Assembly (NCBI GenBank): GCA_033723355.1
Contig: JAWVXG010000003.1
Span: forward strand, 64,747-128,746
From: Paracoccaceae bacterium
Lineage (GTDB): Bacteria > Pseudomonadota > Alphaproteobacteria > Rhodobacterales > Rhodobacteraceae
Reading direction: 5' to 3'
DNA: 64,000 nt
Shown here: one piece after another, positions 9,662-20,219 of the stretch
How the letters are laid out: every line of letters starts with the position of its first letter
Position numbering within the stretch: the first letter of the stretch is position 1
Translations under genes and position numbers: made by a program
The notes under the pieces: model-generated
What the model saw: the letters and a program-made list of their open reading frames with translations, nothing else
The model's database searches: none
Told to the model about the DNA's origin: nothing

Positions 9662-11797
9662 ATGGCTGCTGATATGACACAACTCTCCACACTCCTGACC
9701 GGGGTCAGCCTCGCCGCGGTCGTGGCCACAGGTGCGCTGGCGCAGGATGCCTCTCCCTCGCGCGAGACGTTTCTGGGCTCGATCACCCTTGACGGGCAGG
9801 AAAATCCGACCAGCCCGCTGGATAGCCCCGTCGCCCGTGCCGCCGCCACGACCAAGACCGCCCGCCCGATCCTCGAGACGCAGACCTCGGTCTCGGTCAT
9901 CCCCCGCGCGCAGATCGAAGCACAGGGCGCCACGAACCTCGCCGAGGCGCTGACCTATTCAGCCGGGATCATCGCCGAGAATTACGGTGGCGATCCCCGT
10001 TTCGACAGCCTCTTCCTGCGCGGCTTCAATCTTGAGAATGACAAGTTTCTGGATGGCCTGCGGCTCATGCGCTCGACCGAATTTCCCACCAGCGCCCCGG
10101 CATTCGAGCTTTATGGCATCGAGCGGGTCGAAGTGCTGCGCGGCCCTGCCTCGGTTCTCTATGGCGCGGGCACGCCGGCGGGTCTGGTCAATCTGGTGCA
10201 GAAACGGGCGCAGGCCTCGGGTGACTTTTCCGAGGTCGGCACCAGCGTCGATTCCAACGGCTCTGCCGCCATTTTCGGGGATGCGAACCGCGTGGTCGAT
10301 GACCGTTTCGCCTATCGCGTGACCGGCAAGCTGGGCAACAGCAAGACCGATGTCGCGGAAATCGACAACGAACGCGCCTATCTGGGCCTTTCGGCCAGCT
10401 ATGCGCTCAGCGCGGCGACGGAACTGGAATTGATGGCCAGCCATCACGACGACGCGCCCATCTCGCCCACGGGCGTGCCGACAGGCCTGATCGGCAGCCA
10501 TGACAGCCGCGATTTGCGCGGGTTCTATTTCGGGGACGAAGCGATCAACCGCAGCGACCGCAAGATGAGCACGCTGAGCTTTGGCCTGACGCATGATTTC
10601 GGCAATGGCTGGAAGCTGAACAACACCTTCCGCTACACCAATTTCGACTGGACCTATGCCGCCCTCTACATCAGCGGCACGATTGGCTCCTCGGTGGATC
10701 GCGGGATCATCCTTCAGGACGAAACCTTCCTCAGCTATGCCAATGACCTGCGTCTGTCCGGGCGGGTGACGACCGGCACGGTGGATCACAATCTGACCAT
10801 CGGCCTTGATGCGCAAGAGTTCGAGGAGGACGCCTATACCGGCTTTTCCTATTCCACCGCGATCGACTATGCCGCACCCAGCTATGGCGGCCTCAGCATC
10901 GGCGCGCCCTGGTATACGGCGAACAAGACGGTCAAGGCGCGGCAGGTCGGCCTTTATGTGCTGGACGAGGTCGAGGCCGGCAACTGGCGCGCGACCCTGG
11001 GCCTGCGGCATGAATGGACCCGCCAGACCGGCGCGCGCGACACCAATTTCGGCGCGACCGATTTCGCGCGCGAGGATCAGCACACGACCGGCACGCTGGG
11101 ACTTGGCTATGTCTGGGACAACGGGCTGGCGTCCTATCTGTCCTATGCGACATCCTATCTGCCCCAGCCGGGCTTTGCCATTGATGGCAGCGCGCTGAAG
11201 CCGACCACGGGCGAGCAATGGGAACTGGGCCTGAAATACGACCCGCTGGCCTTTGACGGTTTCTTCACGGCCACGCTTTTCCACCTGGAGGAACAGGACC
11301 GCAACACCAGCGTCACCGAAACCATCGGTGGCGGCACGATCACCGGAACCCGCCAGATCGGCAAGGCCCGCATTCAAGGGCTGGAACTGGAAGGCGTGGC
11401 CGATCTGGCGGCAGGCTGGACACTGAAGGGCGCCTATACCTTCACCGACACGCGCATCAGCGGCGACAATGACGGCAACGAACTGGCCAATACGCCGCGC
11501 CACGCGGCAAGCCTTTGGCTGTCGCATCGCTTCGAGGATGGCGCGCTGGACGGTCTGACCCTGGGCGGCGGTCTGCGCCACATCGGCAGCCGCTGGTCCA
11601 GCGACGCGAACACCGCCCGGCTTGACGCCGTGACCCTGCTGGACCTGAGCGCCTCTTACGATTGGGCCAACGGGATGCAGGGCCGCCTGAGCGTGACCAA
11701 TCTGACGGATGAGGCCTATGTCTCGGCCGTGGGCCTGGGGTCAAGCTACTATGGGGACGGGCGCACCGTGCAGGCCAGCCTGAGCTATAGATGGTGA
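9662..11797 (+). CDS. TonB-dependent siderophore receptor (FhuA/FhuE-like)
   Basis: Signal peptide, plug motifs (RVEVLRGPASVLYG), long barrel, terminal ...SLSYRW. Confidence 0.9.
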   Translation: MAADMTQLSTLLTGVSLAAVVATGALAQDASPSRETFLGSITLDGQENPTSPLDSPVARAAATTKTARPILETQTSVSVIPRAQIEAQGATNLAEALTYSAGIIAENYGGDPRFDSLFLRGFNLENDKFLDGLRLMRSTEFPTSAPAFELYGIERVEVLRGPASVLYGAGTPAGLVNLVQKRAQASGDFSEVGTSVDSNGSAAIFGDANRVVDDRFAYRVTGKLGNSKTDVAEIDNERAYLGLSASYALSAATELELMASHHDDAPISPTGVPTGLIGSHDSRDLRGFYFGDEAINRSDRKMSTLSFGLTHDFGNGWKLNNTFRYTNFDWTYAALYISGTIGSSVDRGIILQDETFLSYANDLRLSGRVTTGTVDHNLTIGLDAQEFEEDAYTGFSYSTAIDYAAPSYGGLSIGAPWYTANKTVKARQVGLYVLDEVEAGNWRATLGLRHEWTRQTGARDTNFGATDFAREDQHTTGTLGLGYVWDNGLASYLSYATSYLPQPGFAIDGSALKPTTGEQWELGLKYDPLAFDGFFTATLFHLEEQDRNTSVTETIGGGTITGTRQIGKARIQGLELEGVADLAAGWTLKGAYTFTDTRISGDNDGNELANTPRHAASLWLSHRFEDGALDGLTLGGGLRHIGSRWSSDANTARLDAVTLLDLSASYDWANGMQGRLSVTNLTDEAYVSAVGLGSSYYGDGRTVQASLSYRW

Positions 11798-12678
11798 CAG
11801 CCGGACCACAGGGTCTGACCCGGCGCGCCTGTCTTGTTGCTGCGGCCATGGCCGTGGTGACGGGATGGGCGCCGCGCGTCCGGGCGCAAGGGGTCGCGCC
11901 GCGTGTCGCCGCGATTGACTGGGCCATGGCGGAAACGGCGCTGGCGCTGGATCACGCCCCGGCAGCGATTGCGGAACTGCTCAGGTTTCGCCCGCTGGCG
12001 CCCCTGCCGCCTGCCCCCGCCACCGTCGATCTGGGCCTGCGCGGCGCACCGAATATCGAGGCGCTGAGCCTTGTCGCCCCCGATGTGATCCTGTCGTCGA
12101 ACTACTACGCTTTCATCGAAGACCGCCTCGCGACCCTGGCCCCCGTGTTCAGCCGCACGATCTATGTCCCGCGCGAAGCGCCATTTCCGCGCGTGATGAC
12201 CCTGCTGGCCGAACTGGCCGAAGTTCTGGGGCGCCCCGCCGACGGGCTGCGCGCACAAGAGGCGGCGCATGTGCGGCTGGACGGTCTGGCGCGCCGTCTG
12301 TCCGGCCATGCCGACCGGCCCTTTCTGCTGATCGAGATCGGGGACGCGCGCCATGTCCGCATCTTCGGAGATGACAGCCTTTTCGGTGGCACGCTGACGG
12401 CCATGGGGCTGCGCAACGCATGGTCCGAAGGGACGCGCTTTGCCTTTGCCGCCCCAGTGCCGCTGGAGCGGCTGGCCGCCTTCCCCGACGCCCGGTTGAT
12501 CCTGCTGGGCGAGGTTCCACCCCATGTCACGCGCGCGCTACGTGATGCGGCACTCTGGAACGCGCTGCCGCCGGTGCGCCATGGCCGGTTGCACCGCCTG
12601 CCCGCCTTGAACGGCTTTGGCGGAATGCCAACTGCGCTGCGCTTTGCCGATGCGCTGACAGGGGCACTGGCGACATGA
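11791..12678 (+). CDS. fhuD: periplasmic iron-hydroxamate-type binding protein
   Basis: Twin-arginine-like signal LTRRACLVAAA. Overlaps the receptor stop and the permease start. Symbol assigned by operon context only. Confidence 0.7.
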   Translation: MVTAGPQGLTRRACLVAAAMAVVTGWAPRVRAQGVAPRVAAIDWAMAETALALDHAPAAIAELLRFRPLAPLPPAPATVDLGLRGAPNIEALSLVAPDVILSSNYYAFIEDRLATLAPVFSRTIYVPREAPFPRVMTLLAELAEVLGRPADGLRAQEAAHVRLDGLARRLSGHADRPFLLIEIGDARHVRIFGDDSLFGGTLTAMGLRNAWSEGTRFAFAAPVPLERLAAFPDARLILLGEVPPHVTRALRDAALWNALPPVRHGRLHRLPALNGFGGMPTALRFADALTGALAT

Positions 12679-14642
12679 CCCTGACCCGCGCGATCCTGCC
12701 ACTGGCGCTTGTGCTGGCGATGGCGCTTTGGGGGTTTACCGCCCTGCGCCTGCTGCCATGGGCGCAGTGGCCAGCCCTGCCCTGGCAGGTCGATGCGATG
12801 AGCGTGCCGCAGATCCTGCTGTCTTATGGCGCCATGCCGCGCGGCGCGATTGCACTTCTGGCGGGGGCGGCGCTTGGTCTGGCCGGGGCGCTGATGCAGG
12901 CCGTGCTGCGCAATCCGCTGGCCGACCCCACGACATTGGGCACCGCCGCTGGCGCGCAACTGGCCCTTGTGGCCGCTACCATTTTCACACCGGGCCTTCT
13001 TGTGACCTCGCATCTGCCGGTGGCTTTTGCCGGGTCCGCGCTGACGACGGCGCTGGTGATCTGGCTGGGCGCGCGCCGGGATTTCGCACCTGTGACCGTC
13101 ACCATCGCAGGGCTTCTGGTCGGGCTGATGGCCGCCGCCATCGCCACGGCTTTGACCCTGTCGCAGGGGCATTACCTGCTGTCCCTGATCATGTGGAACG
13201 GAGGGGCGCTGACCCAGACAGACTGGAGCGGGGTCTGGCGTCTGGCGGCCTGCCTTGTGCCTGCGGTGATCCTGGCAGCGGTGCTGGCACGTCCCTTGAT
13301 GGCCCTGTCTCTGGGCGATGCGCAGGCCCGCGCCCTGGGCGTGCGCCTGGCCGGACTGCGCGGCGCAACGCTGGTGCTGGCCGTGGCGCTGTCGGCGCTG
13401 GTATCGGCCGAGCTGGGGCTGATCGGCTTTGTCGGACTGGCGGCCCCGGCACTGGCGCGCAGCCTTGGCGCGCGCAGCCTGTTGCAGCGCCTGATGCTCG
13501 CACCCGTCGCAGGGGCGGTGATCCTGTCGCTGGCGGATGGGGTGCTCATGGCCACGGCCAGCCTGGGCGGACCGAGCCTGCCGACAGGTGCCCTGACCGG
13601 GTTGATCGGCGGGCCGCTGCTGCTGTGGCTCTTGCCGCGCATGACGGCACAGGTGCCCGGTCGCGTCGAACAGGGCGTGCAGACCGCAGGCCGTGCCCGC
13701 CAACCGGGACGGATGATCGGCAGCCTTGCACTGGTCACGCTGGCGCTTGTGCTGGGCCAGCTGCTTCTGGGGCGCGGACCTGCGGGATGGGGCCTCGTCC
13801 CCTCTGCCCTCTGGGCTGATTTCCTGCCGCTGCGCGCCACCGCGCTGCTGGCGGCCATGTCCGCCGGCGCGTTGCTGGCCATGGCCGGCGCCGTATTGCA
13901 GCGATTGACGGCCAACCCGATGGCCGCGCCCGAAGTGCTTGGCGTGACCGGAGGGGCAGCCCTCGGCTATGCGGCGGTGGTCTTTTTGCTGGCCGCCCCC
14001 GGCATCATGGCGCTGGCACTTGGCGCGACGACAGGGGGCGCGCTGGCCCTGACGGGCCTTGCCGCCTATGCCCTGCGGCACGACATGGCCCCGGCCCGGT
14101 TGTTGCTTGCGGGTCTGGCCATCGGCGCGCTGGCATCGGCGGTGCTGGCTGCGATCATGGCCTCGGACGACCGCCGCGCCTGGGTCGTGCTGGGCTGGAT
14201 GTCCGGCACCACGGCGCAGGTGACACCCGCCACCGCCCTGACATTGGCAGGGTTGGCGCTGGGCATCCTGACGCTGCTGCTGCTCGCCACCCGCTGGCTT
14301 GAGATCATGCCGCTGGGCAGCGCGGTCGGTCAGGCGCTGGGCCTGCCCCTGATTCGGGCGCGGCTGGCGCTTGTCCTGCTCGCCGGGCTGGCCACGGGGG
14401 CCGCCACCTTGCTGGTCGGCCCTGTCAGTTTCGTGGGGCTGATGGCACCGCATCTGGCCCGCAGCCTTGGCCTGATGCGGCCGCACCATGCCCTCTGTGG
14501 CAGCGCGGTGATCGGGGCCGCATTGATGGGGCTGGCCACATTCGGCACCCGCACGCTCAGCTATCCCTATGACCTTCCGCTTGGCCTGATGGCGACCCTG
14601 ATCGGCGCGCCCTGGCTGTTCATCCTGTTGTTGCGAAAGTGA
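12675..14642 (+). CDS. fhuB: fused double FecCD-type permease (FhuB architecture, 655 aa)
   Basis: Two tandem polytopic FecCD-like halves in a single polypeptide, which is the FhuB hallmark. Confidence 0.85.
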   Translation: MTLTRAILPLALVLAMALWGFTALRLLPWAQWPALPWQVDAMSVPQILLSYGAMPRGAIALLAGAALGLAGALMQAVLRNPLADPTTLGTAAGAQLALVAATIFTPGLLVTSHLPVAFAGSALTTALVIWLGARRDFAPVTVTIAGLLVGLMAAAIATALTLSQGHYLLSLIMWNGGALTQTDWSGVWRLAACLVPAVILAAVLARPLMALSLGDAQARALGVRLAGLRGATLVLAVALSALVSAELGLIGFVGLAAPALARSLGARSLLQRLMLAPVAGAVILSLADGVLMATASLGGPSLPTGALTGLIGGPLLLWLLPRMTAQVPGRVEQGVQTAGRARQPGRMIGSLALVTLALVLGQLLLGRGPAGWGLVPSALWADFLPLRATALLAAMSAGALLAMAGAVLQRLTANPMAAPEVLGVTGGAALGYAAVVFLLAAPGIMALALGATTGGALALTGLAAYALRHDMAPARLLLAGLAIGALASAVLAAIMASDDRRAWVVLGWMSGTTAQVTPATALTLAGLALGILTLLLLATRWLEIMPLGSAVGQALGLPLIRARLALVLLAGLATGAATLLVGPVSFVGLMAPHLARSLGLMRPHHALCGSAVIGAALMGLATFGTRTLSYPYDLPLGLMATLIGAPWLFILLLRK

Positions 14643-15415
14643 CCAACATGCCGCTGTTTTCCGTCTCATCCGTAACCTATGACGTGCCGGGCAGACGCCT
14701 GATCGAAGGGCTCACCCTCGAGATTCCCCAAGGTGGCGTCACAGCACTTCTGGGGTGCAACGGCTCGGGCAAATCCACGCTGCTGCGCCTGCTGGCCGGG
14801 CAGACCCGCCCCACGGCAGGGCGTATCACCTATGACGGGCGCGATCTGGCAGACTGGCCCATCCGCGCGCTTGCCCGTGACCTGGCCTATCTGCCGCAGA
14901 CCACCCCGCCCGCCGAAGGGATGCGCCTGCAAGAATTGGTGGCACTGGGGCGCTATCCCTGGCGCGGCGCACTGGGGCGCTTGCGCCCCGAGGACCATGC
15001 CGCCGTCGCGCGGGCCATCGCCCGCTGCGGGCTGTCAGGCATGACCGACAGGTTGGTGGATACGATGTCAGGGGGCGAAAGGCAGCGTGGCTGGATCGCC
15101 ATGATGCTGGCGCAGGGCGCGCGCACCCTGCTGCTGGATGAACCCACTTCGGCGCTGGACATTGCCCATCAGGTCGAGGTGCTGGGGCTGGTGCAGACCA
15201 TGTGCCGCGCCGAAGGGATGAGTGCAGTAGTCGTGCTGCATGATATCAACATGGCTGCCCGCTACTGCGATCATGTCGTCGCGCTGACAGGCGGGCAGCT
15301 TCTGTTGCAGGGGCCCATCCAGACGCTGATGCAGCCCGCAGCCCTGAGCCGCATCTATGGCCTGCCGATGCAGGTGATCCACAATGGCGGGCAGACCCTC
15401 GCCCATCCCTGCTGA
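14639..15415 (+). CDS. fhuC: iron-siderophore ABC ATP-binding protein
   Basis: Walker A GCNGSGKST, signature MSGGERQR, Walker B LLLDEPTSALD. GTGA overlap with the permease gene. Confidence 0.85.
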   Translation: MTNMPLFSVSSVTYDVPGRRLIEGLTLEIPQGGVTALLGCNGSGKSTLLRLLAGQTRPTAGRITYDGRDLADWPIRALARDLAYLPQTTPPAEGMRLQELVALGRYPWRGALGRLRPEDHAAVARAIARCGLSGMTDRLVDTMSGGERQRGWIAMMLAQGARTLLLDEPTSALDIAHQVEVLGLVQTMCRAEGMSAVVVLHDINMAARYCDHVVALTGGQLLLQGPIQTLMQPAALSRIYGLPMQVIHNGGQTLAHPC

Positions 15416-15432
15416 ACCGGAAAGATACCCCG

Positions 15433-17133
15433 ATGCTGCGCAAATTCTTTGCCTATTACCGCCCCCATACCCGCCTTTTCTGGTTGGATTTCGGCTCGGC
15501 TGTCCTGTCAGGCCTGCTGGAACTGGCCTTTCCGCTGGCGATCACTTGGTTCATCGACAGGCTGCTGCCCATGGGCGACTGGGGCCTGACGGTCACGGCG
15601 GCGCTGGTGCTGCTGGCGATCTATGCCGTGAACACGGCGCTGATGGGCATCGTGATCTATTGGGGTCACATGCTGGGGATCGAGATCGAGACGGAACTGC
15701 GCGCGCGCGCCTTCTCGCATCTGACCCGGCTCAGCTGGCGCTGGTTCGACCATGCCCGCACCGGCAAACTGGTGGCGCGCGTGACCCGCGACCTTGAAGA
15801 GATCGGAGAGGTCGCACATCACGGCCCCGAGGATCTGTTCATCGCCGTGATGACCTTCCTTGGTGCCTTCGCGCTGATGCTGACCCTGCATCCGACACTG
15901 GCGTTGGTGACAGCCGCCATCGTGCCGCTCAGCATCTGGCTGGTCGTGGTCTATGGCGGACGGATGACCCGGACCTGGCAGGACATTTACAGCCGTGTCG
16001 GGCACTTCAACGTGCGCCTCGAAGAGGCGATGGGCGGCATCCGTGTCGTGCAGGCCTTCGCCAACGAGCGCCACGAGGAAGGGCTCTTTGCCCGCGACAA
16101 CCGCGCCTATCGCGCGACCAAGCTGGATGCCTATCGCTATATGGCGATTTCGTCGGCCATTCACTACATGGGTCTGCGTTTCGTGCAGGTGGTGGTTCTG
16201 GTCGTGGGCGCGGGCTTCGTGTTGCAGGGCGACATGACCACCGGGGCCTTTGTGGGCTTTCTGCTGCTGGTCAACGTGTTCTTCCGGCCCCTCGAAAAGA
16301 TCGCCGCCGTGATCGAGACCTATCCGCGCGGCATCGCCGGCTTTCGCCGCTATCTGGAACTGCTGGACACCGAGCCCGAGATTGCCGATGCGCCGGACGC
16401 AACCCCGGCCCCGGCGCTGGCGGGGCATGTGACCTTTGACGATGTCTCTTTCGGCTATGACAGCACGCGCCCTGTGCTCAGGCATGTGTCCCTTGATGTG
16501 CGCGCGGGTGAAACCGTGGCCTTTGTCGGTGCCTCAGGTGCTGGCAAGACCACGCTTCTGGCGCTGGTGCCGCGCTTTTATGAACCCGGCGCGGGGCAGA
16601 TCCTGATCGACGGGCGCCCCCTGGCCAGCATGACACTGGACAGCCTGCGCCGCCAGATCGGTCTGGTCAGTCAGGACGTTTTCCTGTTCGGCACCACCCT
16701 GCGCGAGAACATCGCCTATGGCCGTCTGGACGCGACCGAGGCCGAGATCATCGCGGCCGCGCACAAGGCGCAGCTTGGGCCGATGATTGCCAGCCTGCCG
16801 GACGGGCTGAACACGATGGTGGGAGAGCGTGGCGTCATGCTGTCGGGCGGTCAGAAGCAGCGCGTGGCGATTGCGCGCGCGTTCCTGAAGAACCCGCCGA
16901 TCCTGATCCTGGACGAGGCGACATCGGCCCTCGACAGCCAGACCGAGCGCGAGATCCAGTCCGCGCTGGAAGCATTGTCGGTGGGGCGCACCACATTGGT
17001 GATCGCGCACCGTCTGGGCACGATCCGCAACGCCGACCGGATCGTGGTGATGCAGGACGGTCAGGTGCGCGAAGTGGGCAGTCACACGGCGCTGATGGCG
17101 CAGGACGGGCTCTATGCCCGTTTGGCCAGTTGA
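15433..17133 (+). CDS. ABC transporter, fused TMD-NBD exporter fold (MsbA/IrtA/YbtP-like half transporter)
   Basis: Six-TM N-terminal half followed by Walker A GASGAGKTT, signature LSGGQKQRVAIARA, Walker B ILILDEATSALD. Confidence 0.85.
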   Translation: MLRKFFAYYRPHTRLFWLDFGSAVLSGLLELAFPLAITWFIDRLLPMGDWGLTVTAALVLLAIYAVNTALMGIVIYWGHMLGIEIETELRARAFSHLTRLSWRWFDHARTGKLVARVTRDLEEIGEVAHHGPEDLFIAVMTFLGAFALMLTLHPTLALVTAAIVPLSIWLVVVYGGRMTRTWQDIYSRVGHFNVRLEEAMGGIRVVQAFANERHEEGLFARDNRAYRATKLDAYRYMAISSAIHYMGLRFVQVVVLVVGAGFVLQGDMTTGAFVGFLLLVNVFFRPLEKIAAVIETYPRGIAGFRRYLELLDTEPEIADAPDATPAPALAGHVTFDDVSFGYDSTRPVLRHVSLDVRAGETVAFVGASGAGKTTLLALVPRFYEPGAGQILIDGRPLASMTLDSLRRQIGLVSQDVFLFGTTLRENIAYGRLDATEAEIIAAAHKAQLGPMIASLPDGLNTMVGERGVMLSGGQKQRVAIARAFLKNPPILILDEATSALDSQTEREIQSALEALSVGRTTLVIAHRLGTIRNADRIVVMQDGQVREVGSHTALMAQDGLYARLAS

Positions 17134-17151
17134 ACAAGGAGGGCGCGCGCC

Positions 17152-18204
17152 ATGACCCGTCACATCGTGCTGGGGCAACTGATGCCCGTCACATGGCCCG
17201 CGCTGGAAGGGTTCGCCCGGGCCCTGTCCACCTTTTGCAGCGTGCATGTGGCCCCGAACCGCGTGATCAGCAGCCATGTCGGCCCCGGCAACATCGAGAT
17301 CACATGGCGCGCCAGGCGGGCCAGTCTGCGGCTGGACGCAGGCTCCGAAGCGGGATTGCAGAACCTGCGCGATACGCTGGGGCATCTGCTGGAGGAGGTC
17401 GAGGAAGGTCTCTCGGCACGGCTGGACTGGCAGGCAGAGGGTAATCTGGAGGGGCGGCTTCCCCCCAATTTCCGTAGCGCGCGGGTCAGCCGCGTCACAC
17501 GCCTGTCGCGCGGGTTCATGCGGCTGCGGCTGGAGGCCGAGGATCTTGGCTATCTGGCGCAGAACGGCCTGCATCTCCGCCTGCTGCAACCGACTGACCC
17601 GGATGCGCCGGTCTGGCCCCGCTTGAACCGCAACGGGCGCACGGTCTGGCCGGGGGCAAGTGACCTGCATATGCCAGTCTACACCATTCGCGCCATCGAC
17701 CCGGCGCAGGGCTGGCTCGATGTCGATGTGTTCCTGCATGGGCACGGACGCACCTGTGCATGGGCGCTGCAAGTTCGGGCAGGCGCGCGCGTCGGCCTGA
17801 CCGGCCCCGGCGGCGGCTGGCTGCCCCGGACGCCGACCCTCTGGCTGGGCGGGGACGAAACGGCCCTTCCCGCCGTGGCCCGCATCCTGCACGAGGCCAG
17901 CCCGGATACGCAGGGTCATGCGATGCTCACGGTCTCTGATGCGGCCAATATCCTGCCCCTCGACGCGCCGCCGGGGGTGCAGGTGGAATGGCTGGTGCAG
18001 GGGCGTGACGCCGCCTCGCGTGACGAGGTCACGGCCCATCTTACCCGCTCCGCCGCGCGCTGTCTGACGCAGGCCGCGACCGCCACGATCCAGTTCGCGG
18101 GCGAGAAATCCGTCGCGCAGGCGATCCGCGCCAGTCTGCAACGGATCACGGGCAAGCTGCCCGCCAATGTGACCTGCGCCGCCTATTGGACGCGCACAGC
18201 CTAA
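17152..18204 (+). CDS. siderophore-interacting FAD-binding protein (ViuB/SIP family) with an N-terminal extension of about 110 aa
   Basis: YTIRAIDPAQGWLDVDVFLHGHGRTCAWA ... GLTGPGGG ... LGGDETALPAV pattern of SIP ferric reductases. Confidence 0.75.
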   Translation: MTRHIVLGQLMPVTWPALEGFARALSTFCSVHVAPNRVISSHVGPGNIEITWRARRASLRLDAGSEAGLQNLRDTLGHLLEEVEEGLSARLDWQAEGNLEGRLPPNFRSARVSRVTRLSRGFMRLRLEAEDLGYLAQNGLHLRLLQPTDPDAPVWPRLNRNGRTVWPGASDLHMPVYTIRAIDPAQGWLDVDVFLHGHGRTCAWALQVRAGARVGLTGPGGGWLPRTPTLWLGGDETALPAVARILHEASPDTQGHAMLTVSDAANILPLDAPPGVQVEWLVQGRDAASRDEVTAHLTRSAARCLTQAATATIQFAGEKSVAQAIRASLQRITGKLPANVTCAAYWTRTA

Positions 18205-18336
18205 CCGCATGATCCCCCGCCTTGGCCGACGGCCAAAAATGCGCCGAACGGACAGTTTCAAAACCATCATTGCTTTGTCATTCTACAGTCACGAAACCCG
18301 CCTAGCCCTGCCGTCACACATGACAAAGGAGACGAC

Positions 18337-19152
18337 ATGTCACTTCCCGTGATTGGCGCGGCGCTGGGCACCGCAGGGCTGGAAACCTGGCGCGACTGGG
18401 TGTTGGAAAAGAACCGCGATCTGGAATTGCAGGCCTTCCACACCGCCGCCGTTCTGGACGGCGACTGGTCGGCCGAAGTGGCCCATACGCGCAAGCTGCT
18501 GGATGGCTATAGCGGCCGGCTGGGCATCCATGGCCCGTTCTGGGGATTCACCATCGGCACGTCGGACCCCGAGGTGCAGAAGATCGTGGCCCACCGCATG
18601 GATCAGGGGCTGGATGTCTGCGCGGCACTGGGGGCCACGCAGATGGTGATCCATTCGCCCTATTCCACCTGGGATTACAACAACCTGGACAATTTCCCCG
18701 ACAACCGCCGCAACCTGATGGACAATGTCCATGCCTGCATCGGCGCCGCCGTCAAACGGGCCGCGGATCAGGGCGTCACCCTGGTGATGGAGAATATCGA
18801 GGATATCGACCCGCTGGACCGTCTGCGTCTTGTGGACAGCTTCGCCTCACCCGCGCTGAAACTGTCAATCGACACCGGACATGCACAATATGCCCATGGC
18901 CGCACCGGAGCGCCGCCCGTGGATTACTTCGTGACCGCCGCAGGCGACATGCTGGACCACATCCATTTGCAGGATGCCGAAGGCTATGCCGACCGTCACT
19001 GGGCACTGGGCGAAGGCACGATCCGCTGGACGGCCGTGTTCCGCGCCATCGCCGCGCTGAACGTCAAGCCGCGCCTGATCCTCGAACTGCGCGACAAGAC
19101 GGGGATCGGCCCGTCGATGGACTATCTGGAGCGGATGGGGCTGGGGCAATGA
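18337..19152 (+). CDS. sugar phosphate isomerase/epimerase (xylose-isomerase-like TIM barrel)
   Basis: MVIHSP ... LVMENIED ... SIDTGHA ... HIHLQD metal-ligand pattern of the AP-endonuclease-2/TIM-barrel family. Confidence 0.7.
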   Translation: MSLPVIGAALGTAGLETWRDWVLEKNRDLELQAFHTAAVLDGDWSAEVAHTRKLLDGYSGRLGIHGPFWGFTIGTSDPEVQKIVAHRMDQGLDVCAALGATQMVIHSPYSTWDYNNLDNFPDNRRNLMDNVHACIGAAVKRAADQGVTLVMENIEDIDPLDRLRLVDSFASPALKLSIDTGHAQYAHGRTGAPPVDYFVTAAGDMLDHIHLQDAEGYADRHWALGEGTIRWTAVFRAIAALNVKPRLILELRDKTGIGPSMDYLERMGLGQ

Positions 19153-19988
19153 GCAAGCCGTTGAAACTGGTGATCATGTCCGACCTGCATCTGGTGCCCG
19201 AAGGCGAGGTGTCGAATACCCTTGATACCGCCGCCCGGCTGCGTGCCGCCGTGGACAGCGTGAACCGCGATCATGCCGATGCGGATCTGTGCATCCTGGC
19301 GGGCGATCTGGCCGATCTGGGCGAGGCTGCGGCCTATGCCCGGCTGCGCGACATCATCGCGCCGCTCGGGGTGGACACGCATCTGATGCTGGGCAATCAC
19401 GACGACCGCCCCACCTTTCTTGAGGTGATGGGCGCGGATCATGCCGATGCGAATGGCCATGTGCAAAAGGTGATCGACATCAAGGGCCACCGGGTGATCC
19501 TGCTGGACAGCAGCGAACCGGGGCTGGTCGAAGGCATGATCTGCCCCGCGCGCCTGGACTGGCTGGCCGCGCGTCTGGACGAGGCGATGGACCGCCCCGT
19601 GATCGTGGTGCTGCATCACCATGTCCTGCCCCTGTACATGCCCGTGGACAGCATCATCCTGCGCGATGGTGCGGCGCTGGTCGATGTGCTGCGCCGCCAT
19701 CCCGACATCCGCCACGTGATCGCCGGTCATGTCCATATCACCACCACCGGGGTCTGGCGCGGCATCCCCTTCACCACGCTGGCAGGCGGGCATTACAACG
19801 TCAGCGTCAACCTGCCCGGTCATGCCGCCCCGCAGGACCGTCTGGAAGGTCCGGGGCAATATGCCGTGGTTCTGGCGGATCAGGACAGCTGCGTGGTGCA
19901 TTTCGAGAACTTTCTGGACCGTCACCCGGTCATTGCTCCCGAGAACTTCGGCCGCCTGCGCGCGGCGCGGCGCGGCGCCGACGCCTGA
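19149..19988 (+). CDS. metallophosphoesterase (CpdA/GpdQ-like phosphodiesterase)
   Basis: Motifs MSDLHL, GDLAD, GNHD, HHH, GHVH. ATGA overlap with the upstream gene. Confidence 0.8.
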   Translation: MSKPLKLVIMSDLHLVPEGEVSNTLDTAARLRAAVDSVNRDHADADLCILAGDLADLGEAAAYARLRDIIAPLGVDTHLMLGNHDDRPTFLEVMGADHADANGHVQKVIDIKGHRVILLDSSEPGLVEGMICPARLDWLAARLDEAMDRPVIVVLHHHVLPLYMPVDSIILRDGAALVDVLRRHPDIRHVIAGHVHITTTGVWRGIPFTTLAGGHYNVSVNLPGHAAPQDRLEGPGQYAVVLADQDSCVVHFENFLDRHPVIAPENFGRLRAARRGADA

Positions 19989-20036
19989 ACCGAAGACAAG
20001 ACCCCCACTCTTGCCCCAACCTGTCACCCAAGGCCG

Positions 20037-20069
20037 CGGATCATCCCCGCGGCCTTGGGCATTCACGCC
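20037..20069 (+). terminator. GC-rich hairpin downstream of the phosphodiesterase gene
   Basis: Perfect 13-bp inverted repeat CCCAAGGCCGCGG / CCGCGGCCTTGGG with a 7-nt loop. No clear T-tract follows. Confidence 0.35.
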
Positions 20070-20219
20070 CCCCGGATCCGCGCTGTCGCATCCCTGATTC
20101 ATTTCCGTCAACGAAGGATCATGCCCCTGTCACCTCCGGTTCACCCAAAGGTCACAGCATGGGGTCACGGTGCGCCCGAACACATCCCGTTCCATCGCAA
20201 CATCAGGAGATGACCCGCC

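Noticed and set aside
12162-14669. 835-aa ORF on the minus strand across the fhuD/fhuB genes
   Set aside because: Its translation is low-complexity and R/Q/G/H/P-rich with no motifs. The opposite strand encodes a clear double FecCD permease. Long antisense ORFs are expected in high-GC DNA.
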